64,000 nucleotides of DNA, from positions 35,055 through 99,054 of the forward strand of contig WGOA01000045.1 in NCBI GenBank assembly GCA_016124275.1, written 5' to 3'. Shown here one piece after another: positions 8,674 to 18,620 of this stretch. This DNA is from Bacteroidota bacterium (GTDB lineage Bacteria; Bacteroidota; Bacteroidia; Chitinophagales; BACL12). How positions within the stretch are numbered: position 1 is the stretch's first letter; each line of letters starts with the position of its first letter. Position numbers and translations under genes: made by a program. A model generated the notes under the pieces. The model was given only the letters and a program-made list of their open reading frames with translations, ran no database searches and was not told the DNA's origin.

Positions 8674-10302
8674 TCAGAAGGAGAACTGCAGCCCAGCCAT
8701 GAAGCGAAAACCGTAACTGGGGTATAAATAATAGCGCTGGTGTTTAAAACTAGCCAAGTTATTAACATCTGCCCATGCGGTGAAGTATTTATTCACTGCA
8801 TAGGTAGCGCCAAGATTGATGTCAGCGGTGCCTTTGAGCTTGGTTTCTGAACCGTCCGGCAACCGAGCCCAGGTTGGACCCATGCCCAAAACATCTGCCT
8901 TGAGGTGCAATTTCTCGGTGGCTTTGTAGCGACCGCCAATGTTCCAAAGCAAGCCAGGTTCGTGCCAGGCGCGGGCCTGATCGCCCGTTTCCGAAAAGCT
9001 CCGCAAATCCAAACTGGCAAACGCCCGGTACCGCTCACCACCCTGGTAGCTGACTTCGGCATGAGCAACCCAAAGCGTAACGTCCTCGTACAGCACCTGG
9101 AACCTGCGGGTATCAGAAGAATCGTTTACAAACAATGCGAAATCATTAATGGGCTTCTGTGAAAGCTTCACTTCATAACCCATGCGTCCTTCGTATTCTC
9201 CGCGAACCCCCGCATAGCGATCCTCTACACGGCTGTTTCGAAACCCGATAGAATCAGCCAGAAAGGGATTGGCGTCAGTAAGCGTTCGCCAGGAGTTTGT
9301 TTGGAGCCGCATGTTCCATCCCGCAAAAAAGACCAGCTCCTTGTCGAGCAATTTGGCATTAAACTCCAAATCCGGAAAAAGCAGGAATCGACCGGTATCC
9401 GTGGCCATTTCCAGTCCCGCAAGGATGAAAAAATCATCGCGATTAAACGCGTACCCGGGTCTGAATCGGAAAACGCCGCGATTGCGTTCCAGTGGTCCTC
9501 TGTAAACCAGGCTTTCAAAACCTGTAAACAACCGAATTTCATCTTTGGATGGCAGAGGGTAGCGAAAAACGGTTTCTACAAAGGGTCGGGTTTCCCGGCC
9601 GTCAAAAACATCAGCCTGCGTTTGAATACCGCCCTTTAGCCCGAACTCGAGCCCTAAATCGTTGGCTTTAGCGTTTGCCAACTCCAGAACGGCTCCGGTG
9701 CGCAGAAAGCGCTGACGAACATCCTCGCGTTGAAAACTGGTGTCTTCTTCGTTATACCCGTAGAAAAAAACAGATTCGCTCTGAACTTCGCCATCCAGTC
9801 CCAGCACGACGGGTCCTAAAAAGTACTTTCCGAAAAGAGCGCCACCAGCTTGCGTGTAGCGTTGGTTTTCCCGGGCGCCATTGGATGACGTGTAACCGCC
9901 GCGAAATCCGTAGTTGAACTTCTCAGAGCGTCCTGAACTGTATGCAGCTTCCACTAAAGGCGAAAACTGGGTCCCGAATCCCAGTTTGGCGAAAAGGTTG
10001 GGCAGAGGCTGCAAGGTTGGCTTACCGAGTGCCACAGGTTTGACTACAGGTGCTTGCCAGGGAATTGGTTGCAGGTAAAGCGGCACCTGGTAGTTCGGCA
10101 CTTCCAGGGCTTTGCTTTCCGTTTCAGGAAGCAAAGGGGACAAGTTAACTTTTACCGCATCAGCTAGGTGAGGCTTGTAGGTGCCAACAACGGTAATCTC
10201 CTCCTGTTCCAAATCGGCTTCCGGGCTGGGCTGACCCATGCTCAGGTTGTACCCGCCCAGGAAAACGACTAAGCTGACAACCAATATTCGGGATGTCCGC
10301 AT
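8674..10302 (-). CDS. outer-membrane beta-barrel protein (putative porin / plug-less TonB-receptor-like)
   Basis: 542 aa with a signal peptide (MRTSRILVVSLVVFLGG) and alternating hydrophobic beta-strand pattern throughout. The C-terminus is '...RFMAGLQFSF', ending in the aromatic residue typical of OMPs. The family name was not recognised with certainty. Confidence 0.5.
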   Translation of the reverse strand: MRTSRILVVSLVVFLGGYNLSMGQPSPEADLEQEEITVVGTYKPHLADAVKVNLSPLLPETESKALEVPNYQVPLYLQPIPWQAPVVKPVALGKPTLQPLPNLFAKLGFGTQFSPLVEAAYSSGRSEKFNYGFRGGYTSSNGARENQRYTQAGGALFGKYFLGPVVLGLDGEVQSESVFFYGYNEEDTSFQREDVRQRFLRTGAVLELANAKANDLGLEFGLKGGIQTQADVFDGRETRPFVETVFRYPLPSKDEIRLFTGFESLVYRGPLERNRGVFRFRPGYAFNRDDFFILAGLEMATDTGRFLLFPDLEFNAKLLDKELVFFAGWNMRLQTNSWRTLTDANPFLADSIGFRNSRVEDRYAGVRGEYEGRMGYEVKLSQKPINDFALFVNDSSDTRRFQVLYEDVTLWVAHAEVSYQGGERYRAFASLDLRSFSETGDQARAWHEPGLLWNIGGRYKATEKLHLKADVLGMGPTWARLPDGSETKLKGTADINLGATYAVNKYFTAWADVNNLASFKHQRYYLYPSYGFRFMAGLQFSF

Positions 10303-10310
10303 GCTCAGGC

Positions 10311-13300
10311 TCAGGGGTTTTTGTTGTTTTCAAAGGTGGGAAGGGCAGGATCACTTTCCAGGAATTCCAATTCGCTGCTTTCGCCCAATCGCGAACGCGA
10401 GCGCTCGATAGCCTCTATCTCCCGGAGTTTCTGGCGCGCTTCTGCAAGCAGGGCATCATTACCGCTGTAGTTGTCGATAATGCTGCTCAGCGCAGCGCGT
10501 GCCTGAACAAACTGCTCTTCCTCGCGCAAGACGTCAGCCACCAACAGGTAACTGCGAATAACCCACTCTTCGTAGGCTGTGCTTTGTATCAAGTCAAGGC
10601 AGCTGTTCTTGGCCTTTTCGTATTCACCGCGTTCAAATTCTATTTTAGCCCGGAGGTAGCGGGCTTCTGCGCCAAAGGCATTGGTTGAAGCGCGGCTCAC
10701 TTGCCCAAAAAGGTTGTAGGCCTCATTGTTTTTGGAAAGTGCCAGGTAGGATTTGCCTGCGTAGTAATTGGCTTCAACCCGTTCTTCACCGGATGCTTCC
10801 GGAGACTCTGCCCAACTTGCTCCGTATCGGATAGCCTCTGCATAGTTGCCCAATGAATAGTGAGCCCGGACCAGCCCTTTCAAGGCTTCATAAGCATTTC
10901 CCTTAAACTCTGCCCCGGCATACAATTGACCATACCACGTGGCTGCTTTGTCAAACTCCAGTGTTTCAAAAAATGCGATGCGCGCAGCTTTTAACAGTGC
11001 CATTTCTGTAAAGCGGCTGTGCTTTTGTTTGAGCACATGTTCGTAGTCGGGCAGCGCTTCGCGATAGGCGGCTTCTTTGTACCGGCACTCACCCCGGTAA
11101 AAGTGAGCGGGATCGGCAAAGAAGCCATTGGGAAACTCATCCAGATAGCGGTTAAAACCAGGGAGCGCTGAGGCGCAATCTCCGGTTAAGTAGCGCTGAT
11201 AAGCGGAGTTCCAGGTAACCGAATCTCGTTCCGCTGCGGAGACCCCGGCCATTTGGGTATAAAGTTCAGGACGGGATGTTTCGACAGAAATGTCCCGAAT
11301 ACCAGCAAGCGCTTCGCGCCCTTCAGGGGATCCTTTGTAATCGCGGGCTACCTGCTGGTAGTATTGCAAAGCTTGATCATATCGCTGCGCATTGTAGGCC
11401 AGGAGGGCCTGCTTCAACAGAGCTTTAGCAGTGAAGGGGCCATTGGGGTACTTTTGAAGCAGCCGATCAAAAGACGATTGGGCAGAACTGGAATTGCCTA
11501 AGGTCAGATGGGTGTTGCCGTTCTCATACAAGGCATCATCGTGGTAAGCCGATTGAGGATAATCGTTGATCAGGGATTGCATCAAGCGGGTTTTCTCATT
11601 GAAATTGCCCTGTAGTCCCTGGACAATAGCTCGTTGGAAAAGCGCGTAGTCCGTGCCTGGCCATTTGCCGTCAATAATTTTCTTGTACTCGCGGTCTGCT
11701 TTGGGATAATCCTTTAACATGAAAAAACAATCGCCCAGCCGAAGGGTGGCATCAGTGGCAATTTGCCGCTTAGTCGGATCTTCTGACGTGGGTTTCCAAC
11801 TTTCCAAAACCTTTGAAAAATGTCCTGCGGCAGGACTGTAGCGGTTCTGCTCCAGCGAAACATACCCTAAGGTATAATATGCTGAGGCTAAACTTGCATT
11901 GCCTGGAAGTTCTGCGTTCTTTCCTGCCTTAACAATAAAATCGTTGAGCAGGCGGCTGCTCTCTCCATATTGTTTTTTGCGAAAGGCAATTTCACCTAAC
12001 CAGTACTGTGCTGAAGCGTCAAGTTTTGGATCGGTGGGATAGGAGCGGCTCAGCACAAAAAAACGAGAAGCATCCTCCAGATCCTGATCATTGTACCGTT
12101 CAACCCCTTGGTAAAACGCTGCTTTTTGATAAGCGGCACGCAATCCAGGGCCTTTGTTGGGAATCTCTTCCAACACCTGCAAGGCAAGCGCATAATCGCG
12201 GGTTCTCAGGATGGCTTCAGCCAACAGCATTTGAGCCTCCTCGCTCCGGTCCGTTGAGGGATAGTCTTTAACATAATTCCGAAGGGCTTCAATGGCTACA
12301 GCCTGGTAGTCCAACTCGTAGGACAGTTTTCCGAAAAGAAACGCAGATTCGCGCGCCAGCTCCGGATTGGCCTTACTTCGCGAAGCCTCCTGGAACGAGG
12401 AACGAGCCGCTTCCTTGTTGCCTAACTTGAGCAGCGCATCGCCTGAAAGGTAAAGCGCTTGCTGAGCCAGCGTGTCAGTGGCTGTGTTTAGTTGGGAAAA
12501 ATTATCGACGGCTTCCTGGTACAAACCTGCCCGGTATTGGGCTACACCTAACTGAAAATAGTCCTCCGGCCGGAGTTTACGAGCCTTATCCACGTAATAC
12601 TGCAGGTACGGGAGTGCTTTTTCGTGTTCTCCTAACGCGTAGTAAGACTGCCCAATGACCTGGTGCAATTCCACATCATATTGAATTTTACGGTCCCCGA
12701 TAAGCGGGCTTGCGTAGTCAATGGCCAGTTGGTAATCACCCCGGGCAAAGTAAACCTGAGCGATGTAGTAGGGGACTACCTTTTCATAGGCTGCGCTGAG
12801 CGCGGCAACTTCAAATGCGGCAAGGGCTTCATCGTACTCGCCATCCGCCAACGCAATGTAGCCGTAGTAATAGTTGGAAGGGTAGTAGTACTCCGAATCG
12901 CCTTCCCGGACTTGCGCAAAAAGGGGCTTCGCTTCTTCCAGCAGCTTGCGGCTGAAGTAGCAATAGCCCAGTTGAAAGGCATAGTTCATCCGATCAGCAG
13001 GCTCCAGATCGCCGGGCTGAACTTTAGAAAACCAGTCGAGGGCCTGGCGGTATTCCTTCTCCCGGAAATAATAGCGCCCTAGTTGATAATAGGCCAATTG
13101 TTTTCGTGGGTGTTCCGGGTACTCCGCTGCGAACTGCTGCAAAAGCATTTCAGCATCCGGATTGTACAACTCCACCGCACAAACGGCTTCATAATAGGCT
13201 GCATTAACCTGGAATTGGTAAATCTGATCTTGTCCCGCAGGTCGGCTTTGCTGCTTCACTGCGGCAAATGCACTGGCGGCCGCCGCGTATTGCTTCAGCT

Positions 13301-13433
13301 GAAAAAGGTCTTCGGCCTGGCGATAAAGGGCATAGGTGTCCTCGAAATACAAATTGCGCTGAGCAACGGTCGCAGAGCCGGACCAAACCACCAAAGCAGT
13401 TGTCAGCAATAAGCAGCAGGAGAGAATGCGCAT
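10311..13433 (-). CDS. large tetratricopeptide-repeat (TPR) protein, secreted
   Basis: About 1040 aa of repeated A..Y..G..Y....Y..A...F TPR-like units. I set the start at ATG 13433 (MRILSCCLLLTTALVVWSGSATVAQ, a signal peptide) rather than the track's 13505. The stop lies 8 nt upstream of the next gene, so it looks like an operon with 8674..10302 and 7354..8652. Confidence 0.7.
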   Translation of the reverse strand: MRILSCCLLLTTALVVWSGSATVAQRNLYFEDTYALYRQAEDLFQLKQYAAAASAFAAVKQQSRPAGQDQIYQFQVNAAYYEAVCAVELYNPDAEMLLQQFAAEYPEHPRKQLAYYQLGRYYFREKEYRQALDWFSKVQPGDLEPADRMNYAFQLGYCYFSRKLLEEAKPLFAQVREGDSEYYYPSNYYYGYIALADGEYDEALAAFEVAALSAAYEKVVPYYIAQVYFARGDYQLAIDYASPLIGDRKIQYDVELHQVIGQSYYALGEHEKALPYLQYYVDKARKLRPEDYFQLGVAQYRAGLYQEAVDNFSQLNTATDTLAQQALYLSGDALLKLGNKEAARSSFQEASRSKANPELARESAFLFGKLSYELDYQAVAIEALRNYVKDYPSTDRSEEAQMLLAEAILRTRDYALALQVLEEIPNKGPGLRAAYQKAAFYQGVERYNDQDLEDASRFFVLSRSYPTDPKLDASAQYWLGEIAFRKKQYGESSRLLNDFIVKAGKNAELPGNASLASAYYTLGYVSLEQNRYSPAAGHFSKVLESWKPTSEDPTKRQIATDATLRLGDCFFMLKDYPKADREYKKIIDGKWPGTDYALFQRAIVQGLQGNFNEKTRLMQSLINDYPQSAYHDDALYENGNTHLTLGNSSSAQSSFDRLLQKYPNGPFTAKALLKQALLAYNAQRYDQALQYYQQVARDYKGSPEGREALAGIRDISVETSRPELYTQMAGVSAAERDSVTWNSAYQRYLTGDCASALPGFNRYLDEFPNGFFADPAHFYRGECRYKEAAYREALPDYEHVLKQKHSRFTEMALLKAARIAFFETLEFDKAATWYGQLYAGAEFKGNAYEALKGLVRAHYSLGNYAEAIRYGASWAESPEASGEERVEANYYAGKSYLALSKNNEAYNLFGQVSRASTNAFGAEARYLRAKIEFERGEYEKAKNSCLDLIQSTAYEEWVIRSYLLVADVLREEEQFVQARAALSSIIDNYSGNDALLAEARQKLREIEAIERSRSRLGESSELEFLESDPALPTFENNKNP

Positions 13434-13716
13434 GGATATTTGACAGGCAACGATCGTACCAAAATTTTTCAAAGCAAGGCACCAAAAGCACTTGCTTAGA
13501 CCCATAAACTGGATTCGCGATTATTTATTGCCTCTTAAGAGGCGGTATTCGCTGCCTTTGTCAAAGTTCTGCCTTCTGACCAGTACTCGTCTTGAATGCA
13601 GCCACGAGTCATCCACAGGCTGTTGTGAATTGCCAGCTAAAACAACCGAAACGATCTGCATGAGCACGCATGCCCCAAATGCTGGGTGCAAGGTAAAAAC
13701 GGGACGATGATGCTTA

Positions 13717-15996
13717 TTAAAACTCGAAGGACACCGTCAAACTGGGCAGAATGGGCAATTGATTAACCCTTTCAGCCCTGATCCGGTCAAAGTAAAAAAT
13801 ATTCTCCCGGTCATAGGCATTGGTAACGCTCAAGGTCGTTTCCAGCCGGTTTTCGTTTAAGAAATTCCAGATTTTCTTAGCGCTTAGGTCCAGGCGGTGG
13901 TAATAAGGCAGTCGGCCACCATTGAGTTCATCGTCGTTGTAAATGATGCCCAGGGTGCCATTTTGGGTGGTGTAATCGGTTCCAATACCATCCTGGAGAT
14001 CGATGGATTCGTAAAAACCGGAGGTTTGTGTAAAGGGGAAACCAGAACCGAGGTTCCACCGTGCACCCAGTTCAATATCCTTTTTATCGCCCAGCACATA
14101 GCTTAAAACAATGTTGGCATTGTGCCGGCGATCATAATGGGGTGGGTAAGTTTGCTCTCCGTCAAAACGCGTCACTTTGGCAATGGAGTAGGCTACCCAT
14201 GCATACCAGCGCCGGCGCTCGTACTTGGCCAGAAAGTCAATGCCAAAAGCATCGCCATTTTCTGTGGCAAAGTCAGGGTCGTTCGGGAAGAGTTTTTGAC
14301 GGTTGATGTTGATGAGCTGGGTAAATCGCTTCAAATAGGGTTCAACGGTAAGCTCCAGGTTGTCGGTGGCATCTACCTCTACACCACCGACCACATGCCA
14401 GGCTTTTTGGAGTCGATGGCTGTCTTCACTGCGATCCGGCGTTTCAATCGCCTCATCCGGACCGGATAGAAATCCGTTGAACAGGTTGACCACATCGCGA
14501 TCAGAACGGGTATCAATCAGGTTCTGGCTGTAAAACCCACCGGCAAACTTGAGCCGGACCCGATCGGCGGCATTGTATTTCAAGCCCAATCGCGGTTCAG
14601 GAGAAACCGTGCCCAGCGAGGAATAATACTGGATGCGAAGGCTTGGTTCCAAGACCAGTTTGCGGTTGAAGACTTTGCGGTATTTGACAAACGCCCCCAA
14701 TTCAGTGGTGAATTGATTCTGCTGGTATTCAACGCCAATAGCGTTGAAAAAGCTGAAATCCGTTTCGAACCCATCAATGGAGAACCCGAATTTCACATCA
14801 CCATCCGGCACGAAGTACGTAAAGTCAACACCGAGATTAAAGCCATTTACCCCGCTGTTGCGCGGCTTTTCATCGGCTTCGCGGTAATCAATATCATAAC
14901 CTGAGTAGGCAAAAATGCCTTCGATGAGCACATTGGAATTTCCGGGAACGACCACGAAATTGGAGCCGAAACCAAAGGAATTCCAGGCGAAGGTGGTCAC
15001 ATCCGCAAAATTCACGGAGTCGCGGAAGTTGAATCCAAACAAGTTGAATTTGCTGCCACCATCGCTGTTAAAGGACATCTTTCCATAGATATCCAAGAAC
15101 GAAAACGGAATGCCTTGACCGTCATTGACGTATTCGTAAAGCGACTGGCTGGTGCGATCCAGATAGGAATTTTTGGCCGTAAAGAGAAACGACGAACTGC
15201 CTCCGCCCGTCTTTCGCAATTTCTGCAGCGGCCCTTCCAAAAGCACCTTTCCCAAAAACGGTGAAGCAGAAACTTTGCCGTGGTACCCGGTTCGGCTGCC
15301 ATCGCGGGTAGTAATATCAACGATAGCAGAAATCCGGTTGCCATATTCGGCATTGAAGCCTCCGGTCAAAACCTCAACATTGCGAATAATGTCTGTTTCA
15401 AAAACAGAAAACAAGCCGATAGAATGGAAGGGGTTGTAGATGACCATGCCATCCAGGAGCACTTTGTTGTGAATCGGTGCTCCACCCCGGATGTACAATT
15501 GTCCACCCTGATCTCCGGTGAAAATCACCCCGGGTAGAACCTGCAGGTATTGCGCCAAGTCAGGCTCTCCACCTACGGAGGGCAGCGCTTCAATTTGCTT
15601 GGGTGTAACCGTGACGGTAGAAATCTGAACCTCCTCGTACTTTTCCTGGGTCTTGCTGGTTACCGTTACCTCCTTTAGCCGGATGTCGCTTTTTGCCAGG
15701 TAAAGCTTCAAGTTCACGATGGGAGAGCCTTTAGCCACAACCACCGGCTCGCTAAGCGTGTCGTACTCAATGTTGGTGACCAGGACGCTGTATTCGCCCT
15801 CCGGCACATTGGAGATGGAGAAAAAGCCGTTGTCGTCCGTAGCGGCTCCCATGGTCGTGCCCTTCAAAATCACGTTGGTAAAAATCACCGGCTCGCCGGA
15901 AGCTTCCTCATAAACGAAACCCCTAATGGTTCCGTTTTGAGCAAACAAGGAAATTGCCGAGCAGCAAAGCACCAACAAGGCCGCAGTAAAACGCAT
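13717..15996 (-). CDS. TonB-dependent receptor with N-terminal carboxypeptidase-regulatory-like domain
   Basis: 759 aa. A signal peptide is followed by 'GTIRGFVYEEASGEPVIFTNVILKGTTMGAATDDNGFFSISNVPEGEYSVLV' (CarboxypepD_reg). The plug region is 'LPGV...GGQLYIRGG'. A long beta-barrel ends in '...LTVSFEF'. Confidence 0.8.
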   Translation of the reverse strand: MRFTAALLVLCCSAISLFAQNGTIRGFVYEEASGEPVIFTNVILKGTTMGAATDDNGFFSISNVPEGEYSVLVTNIEYDTLSEPVVVAKGSPIVNLKLYLAKSDIRLKEVTVTSKTQEKYEEVQISTVTVTPKQIEALPSVGGEPDLAQYLQVLPGVIFTGDQGGQLYIRGGAPIHNKVLLDGMVIYNPFHSIGLFSVFETDIIRNVEVLTGGFNAEYGNRISAIVDITTRDGSRTGYHGKVSASPFLGKVLLEGPLQKLRKTGGGSSSFLFTAKNSYLDRTSQSLYEYVNDGQGIPFSFLDIYGKMSFNSDGGSKFNLFGFNFRDSVNFADVTTFAWNSFGFGSNFVVVPGNSNVLIEGIFAYSGYDIDYREADEKPRNSGVNGFNLGVDFTYFVPDGDVKFGFSIDGFETDFSFFNAIGVEYQQNQFTTELGAFVKYRKVFNRKLVLEPSLRIQYYSSLGTVSPEPRLGLKYNAADRVRLKFAGGFYSQNLIDTRSDRDVVNLFNGFLSGPDEAIETPDRSEDSHRLQKAWHVVGGVEVDATDNLELTVEPYLKRFTQLININRQKLFPNDPDFATENGDAFGIDFLAKYERRRWYAWVAYSIAKVTRFDGEQTYPPHYDRRHNANIVLSYVLGDKKDIELGARWNLGSGFPFTQTSGFYESIDLQDGIGTDYTTQNGTLGIIYNDDELNGGRLPYYHRLDLSAKKIWNFLNENRLETTLSVTNAYDRENIFYFDRIRAERVNQLPILPSLTVSFEF

Positions 15997-16113
15997 AGAA
16001 GGGTAAAATTAAGGCGGGGGAATGGCCTGGTTCAGCTAAGGGCGAAGGACAGGCTTAAATATGACCGGAAAGTGACGACACAACCCGGGTAAAGGCCGGC
16101 AAAACGCCGGAAA

Positions 16114-17304
16114 TCAGCCTACTACCTCGGCGACGAGGCTGGCGGCCTCGCGCAAAAGAATGGCAGAACGCACTTTTAACCCGCTGTCATCAATAATCTT
16201 CTTAGCCTCTTCTGCATTCGTTCCCTGCAGGCGCACAATGATGGGCACGTTGACTTCCCCGATGTTTCGGTAAGCGTCAACCACACCTTGCGCAACCCGG
16301 TCGCAGCGAACGATGCCGCCAAAAATGTTAATGAGGATAGCCTTGACGCTGGGGTCCTTCAAAATAATGCGGAATCCCGCTTCAACGGTCTGCGCATTTG
16401 CGGTACCCCCTACGTCCAGAAAGTTGGCCGGCTCACCACCACTCAGCTTGATGATGTCCATGGTGGCCATAGCAAGTCCGGCGCCATTGACCATGCAACC
16501 GACATTTCCATCGAGTTTAATGAAATTGAGGTTGAATTTGCCTGCTTCCACTTCAACAGGATCTTCTTCATTCAAATCGCGCTGAGCAGCCAGATCCGGA
16601 TGGCGATAAAGGGCGTTGTCGTCAATAGCCACCTTGCTGTCAACAGCTATAATTTTGTCATCCGATGTTTTTAACACCGGGTTGATCTCAAACAAGCTGG
16701 CATCTGAACTCCGGTAGGCCTCGTACAGCGCAGCAACAAACCGGGTCATTTCTTTGAACGCATTGCCAGATAAACCCAACCGGAAGGCGATGTTGCGCGC
16801 CTGGAAGGGCAGGAGGGGGCCGCTGCCATCGACGAACTCGCGAAAAATCCTTTCAGGTGTTTTTTCGGCAACTTCTTCAATGTCCATGCCGCCTTCGGGC
16901 GAGTAAACGATCACATTTCGCCCGGAATTCCGGTCCAACAGCACACTCATGTAGTATTCTTCCGTCTTGGAAGCGCCCGGATAGTAAACGTCCTGGGTAA
17001 TCAGCACTTTGCGAACCAGCTTGCCTTCCGTACCGGTTTGCGGCGTAATCAGGGTCATCCCCAGGATCTTACCGGCAATTTGCTGAACCTCTTCCAGCGA
17101 TTTAGCCAATTTGACACCACCGCCTTTGCCCCGGCCACCCGCGTGAATTTGCGCCTTGACCACCCACCAGGACGTGCCCGTCTGGGCCTGGAGCGTTTTG
17201 GCTGCTTGCACGGCCTCCTCGGCCGTCTCAGCGGGAATGCCTTGTTGAATGGCCACGCCGAAGCGCTGCAAGAGTTCTTTTCCTTGGTATTCGTGGAGGT
17301 TCAT
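16114..17304 (-). CDS. sucC: succinate--CoA ligase (ADP-forming) beta subunit
   Basis: 396 aa. '[17 protein letters not shown]...[18 protein letters not shown]' and '[18 protein letters not shown]' are canonical SucC motifs. Confidence 0.95.
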   Translation of the reverse strand: MNLHEYQGKELLQRFGVAIQQGIPAETAEEAVQAAKTLQAQTGTSWWVVKAQIHAGGRGKGGGVKLAKSLEEVQQIAGKILGMTLITPQTGTEGKLVRKVLITQDVYYPGASKTEEYYMSVLLDRNSGRNVIVYSPEGGMDIEEVAEKTPERIFREFVDGSGPLLPFQARNIAFRLGLSGNAFKEMTRFVAALYEAYRSSDASLFEINPVLKTSDDKIIAVDSKVAIDDNALYRHPDLAAQRDLNEEDPVEVEAGKFNLNFIKLDGNVGCMVNGAGLAMATMDIIKLSGGEPANFLDVGGTANAQTVEAGFRIILKDPSVKAILINIFGGIVRCDRVAQGVVDAYRNIGEVNVPIIVRLQGTNAEEAKKIIDDSGLKVRSAILLREAASLVAEVVG

Positions 17305-17396
17305 GTCGAAAAGAGGAGTTGCTTTAAGGCCACGAAAGTACGGAAATCCCGATGGATAGGGGACCCATGGCCGCCTTTGGACCTGTCAAAAAAGAA

Positions 17397-17433
17397 GCGG
17401 GACTGTCTAAGTGACAGCCCCGCTGTTAGAATT
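17397..17433 (-). terminator. rho-independent terminator of the small lipoprotein gene
   Basis: The minus strand reads GCGGGGCTGTC-actta-GACAGTCCCGC followed by TTCTTTTTTG: an 11-bp stem with one mismatch, then a T tract. It sits 35 nt downstream of the stop at 17468. Confidence 0.7.
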
Positions 17434-17467
17434 TACGCTTGACGAGGAAACGTTTTTCCGACAAAGC

Positions 17468-17680
17468 TTACTTTTCTTCGCAGCTCACGGTGGTGCCTAA
17501 CAAAGCAGCAGACAGTTCCTGAGCGGTAACGTACGCATCGCGTTCGGTTTTGTCATCTGAGCAAAACTCGGAATCAGCAGCGCCGTTTCCGTATTCACAA
17601 ACCACACACTTTTCTCCGCAGGAGCTGAAGGTGAATGCGGCAAACAAGGCAGCAGAGGCGAACAAGCTAATCTTCTTCAT
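17468..17680 (-). CDS. small Cys-rich lipoprotein (70 aa)
   Basis: I set the start at ATG 17680: MKKISLFASAALFAAFTFSSC, a signal peptide with a lipobox Cys. Five further Cys follow (CVVC..FC..SC). A strong terminator lies downstream. No family was recognised. Confidence 0.55.
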   Translation of the reverse strand: MKKISLFASAALFAAFTFSSCGEKCVVCEYGNGAADSEFCSDDKTERDAYVTAQELSAALLGTTVSCEEK

Positions 17681-17763
17681 AAATGCGTTTTTTTGAGGCA
17701 CCGCGCATACACGCAGAGCGTAAGGAATCCTCAAAAGTACGAAAACCTTTAACTGACCTCCCA

Positions 17764-18462
17764 TTGGCTACGCACGACCTTCCTCAGACTGCCCTAAATT
17801 CTAAGCATGTTGTTCGCGCAGTTCGCCTGACCAAAGCTTATGGTGATCTTACCGTTCTCAAAGGCGTTGACCTGGAGGTTGAACGCGGGGAGGTAGTGGC
17901 CATTGTCGGAGCCAGCGGGGCCGGGAAATCTACCTTGCTGCACCTGCTCGGTACGCTGGACAGACCTGACTCCGGGCAAGTTTGTATTGCCGGTGAACAG
18001 GTCAGCGACTTGCCAAAGACCCGGTTGGATGCCTTTCGCAACCGCAGCATTGGCTTTGTGTTTCAGGCCCACCATTTGCTGGCAGAGTTTTCGGCCCTGG
18101 AAAACGTGATGATTCCCGGCTTGATTGCGGCCAGACCGGAAACGCAAGTCAGGGAGCGAGCAAAAGCGTTGCTCGGACAACTGGGCCTATTCGCCCGATT
18201 GGATCACAAACCCGGACAACTCTCTGGCGGCGAGCAACAACGTGTCGCTGTGGCGCGGGCCTTGCTCAATGAGCCGGATGTTATTCTGGCCGATGAACCT
18301 TCCGGCAACCTGGATTCTGATCATTCGAGGGAGCTGCACCAACTTTTCTTCAAATTGCGGGAGCAATTCGGGCAAACCTTTGTCATTGTTACCCATAACC
18401 CTGATCTGGCGGCGATGGCCGATCGCAAGCTGGTGATGGTTGATGGTCGAATGGCCCCGTAA
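17764..18462 (+). CDS. ABC transporter ATP-binding protein (LolD/FtsE-like)
   Basis: Walker A '[11 protein letters not shown]', signature '[15 protein letters not shown]', Walker B '[11 protein letters not shown]'. The track start at 17683 abuts the divergent gene and adds ~40 aa, so I propose the in-frame TTG at 17764. The start remains uncertain. Confidence 0.8.
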   Translation: MATHDLPQTALNSKHVVRAVRLTKAYGDLTVLKGVDLEVERGEVVAIVGASGAGKSTLLHLLGTLDRPDSGQVCIAGEQVSDLPKTRLDAFRNRSIGFVFQAHHLLAEFSALENVMIPGLIAARPETQVRERAKALLGQLGLFARLDHKPGQLSGGEQQRVAVARALLNEPDVILADEPSGNLDSDHSRELHQLFFKLREQFGQTFVIVTHNPDLAAMADRKLVMVDGRMAP

Positions 18463-18565
18463 GCCTGCGCTGGGGCAGCACCATTCAAGGGGCTCTGGTT
18501 GGGTTGCCTGACGCATGGTTTCTTATACCTTCGGAACGGGGGCGGTTCAATTGGACAGATGACCC

Positions 18566-18573
18566 TACCTTTG
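18566..18573 (+). promoter_or_regulatory. candidate Bacteroidota sigma-A -7 box (TAnnTTTG)
   Basis: TACCTTTG lies 48 nt upstream of the radical-SAM ATG (18621). This is a motif match only. Confidence 0.3.
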
Positions 18574-18620
18574 CATCCTGTTTTCGAATGGTATTTTTCA
18601 CTTAAGGAAACGTTCTTCTA

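Noticed and set aside
13492-13710. 72-aa plus-strand ORF in the 283-bp gap between the TonB receptor and the TPR gene.
   Set aside because: It has no motif and odd composition, and it lies in the promoter/terminator region of minus-strand genes. The GCCTCTTAAGAGGC palindrome (~13539..13552) there is more likely a transcription signal.
18515-18562. 15-aa ORF (MVSYTFGTGAVQLDR) as a RiPP precursor for the downstream radical SAM/SPASM enzyme.
   Set aside because: It has no Cys or other typical SPASM-target residues. A promoter-like TAnnTTTG box lies between it and the enzyme gene. It is too short to distinguish from chance.
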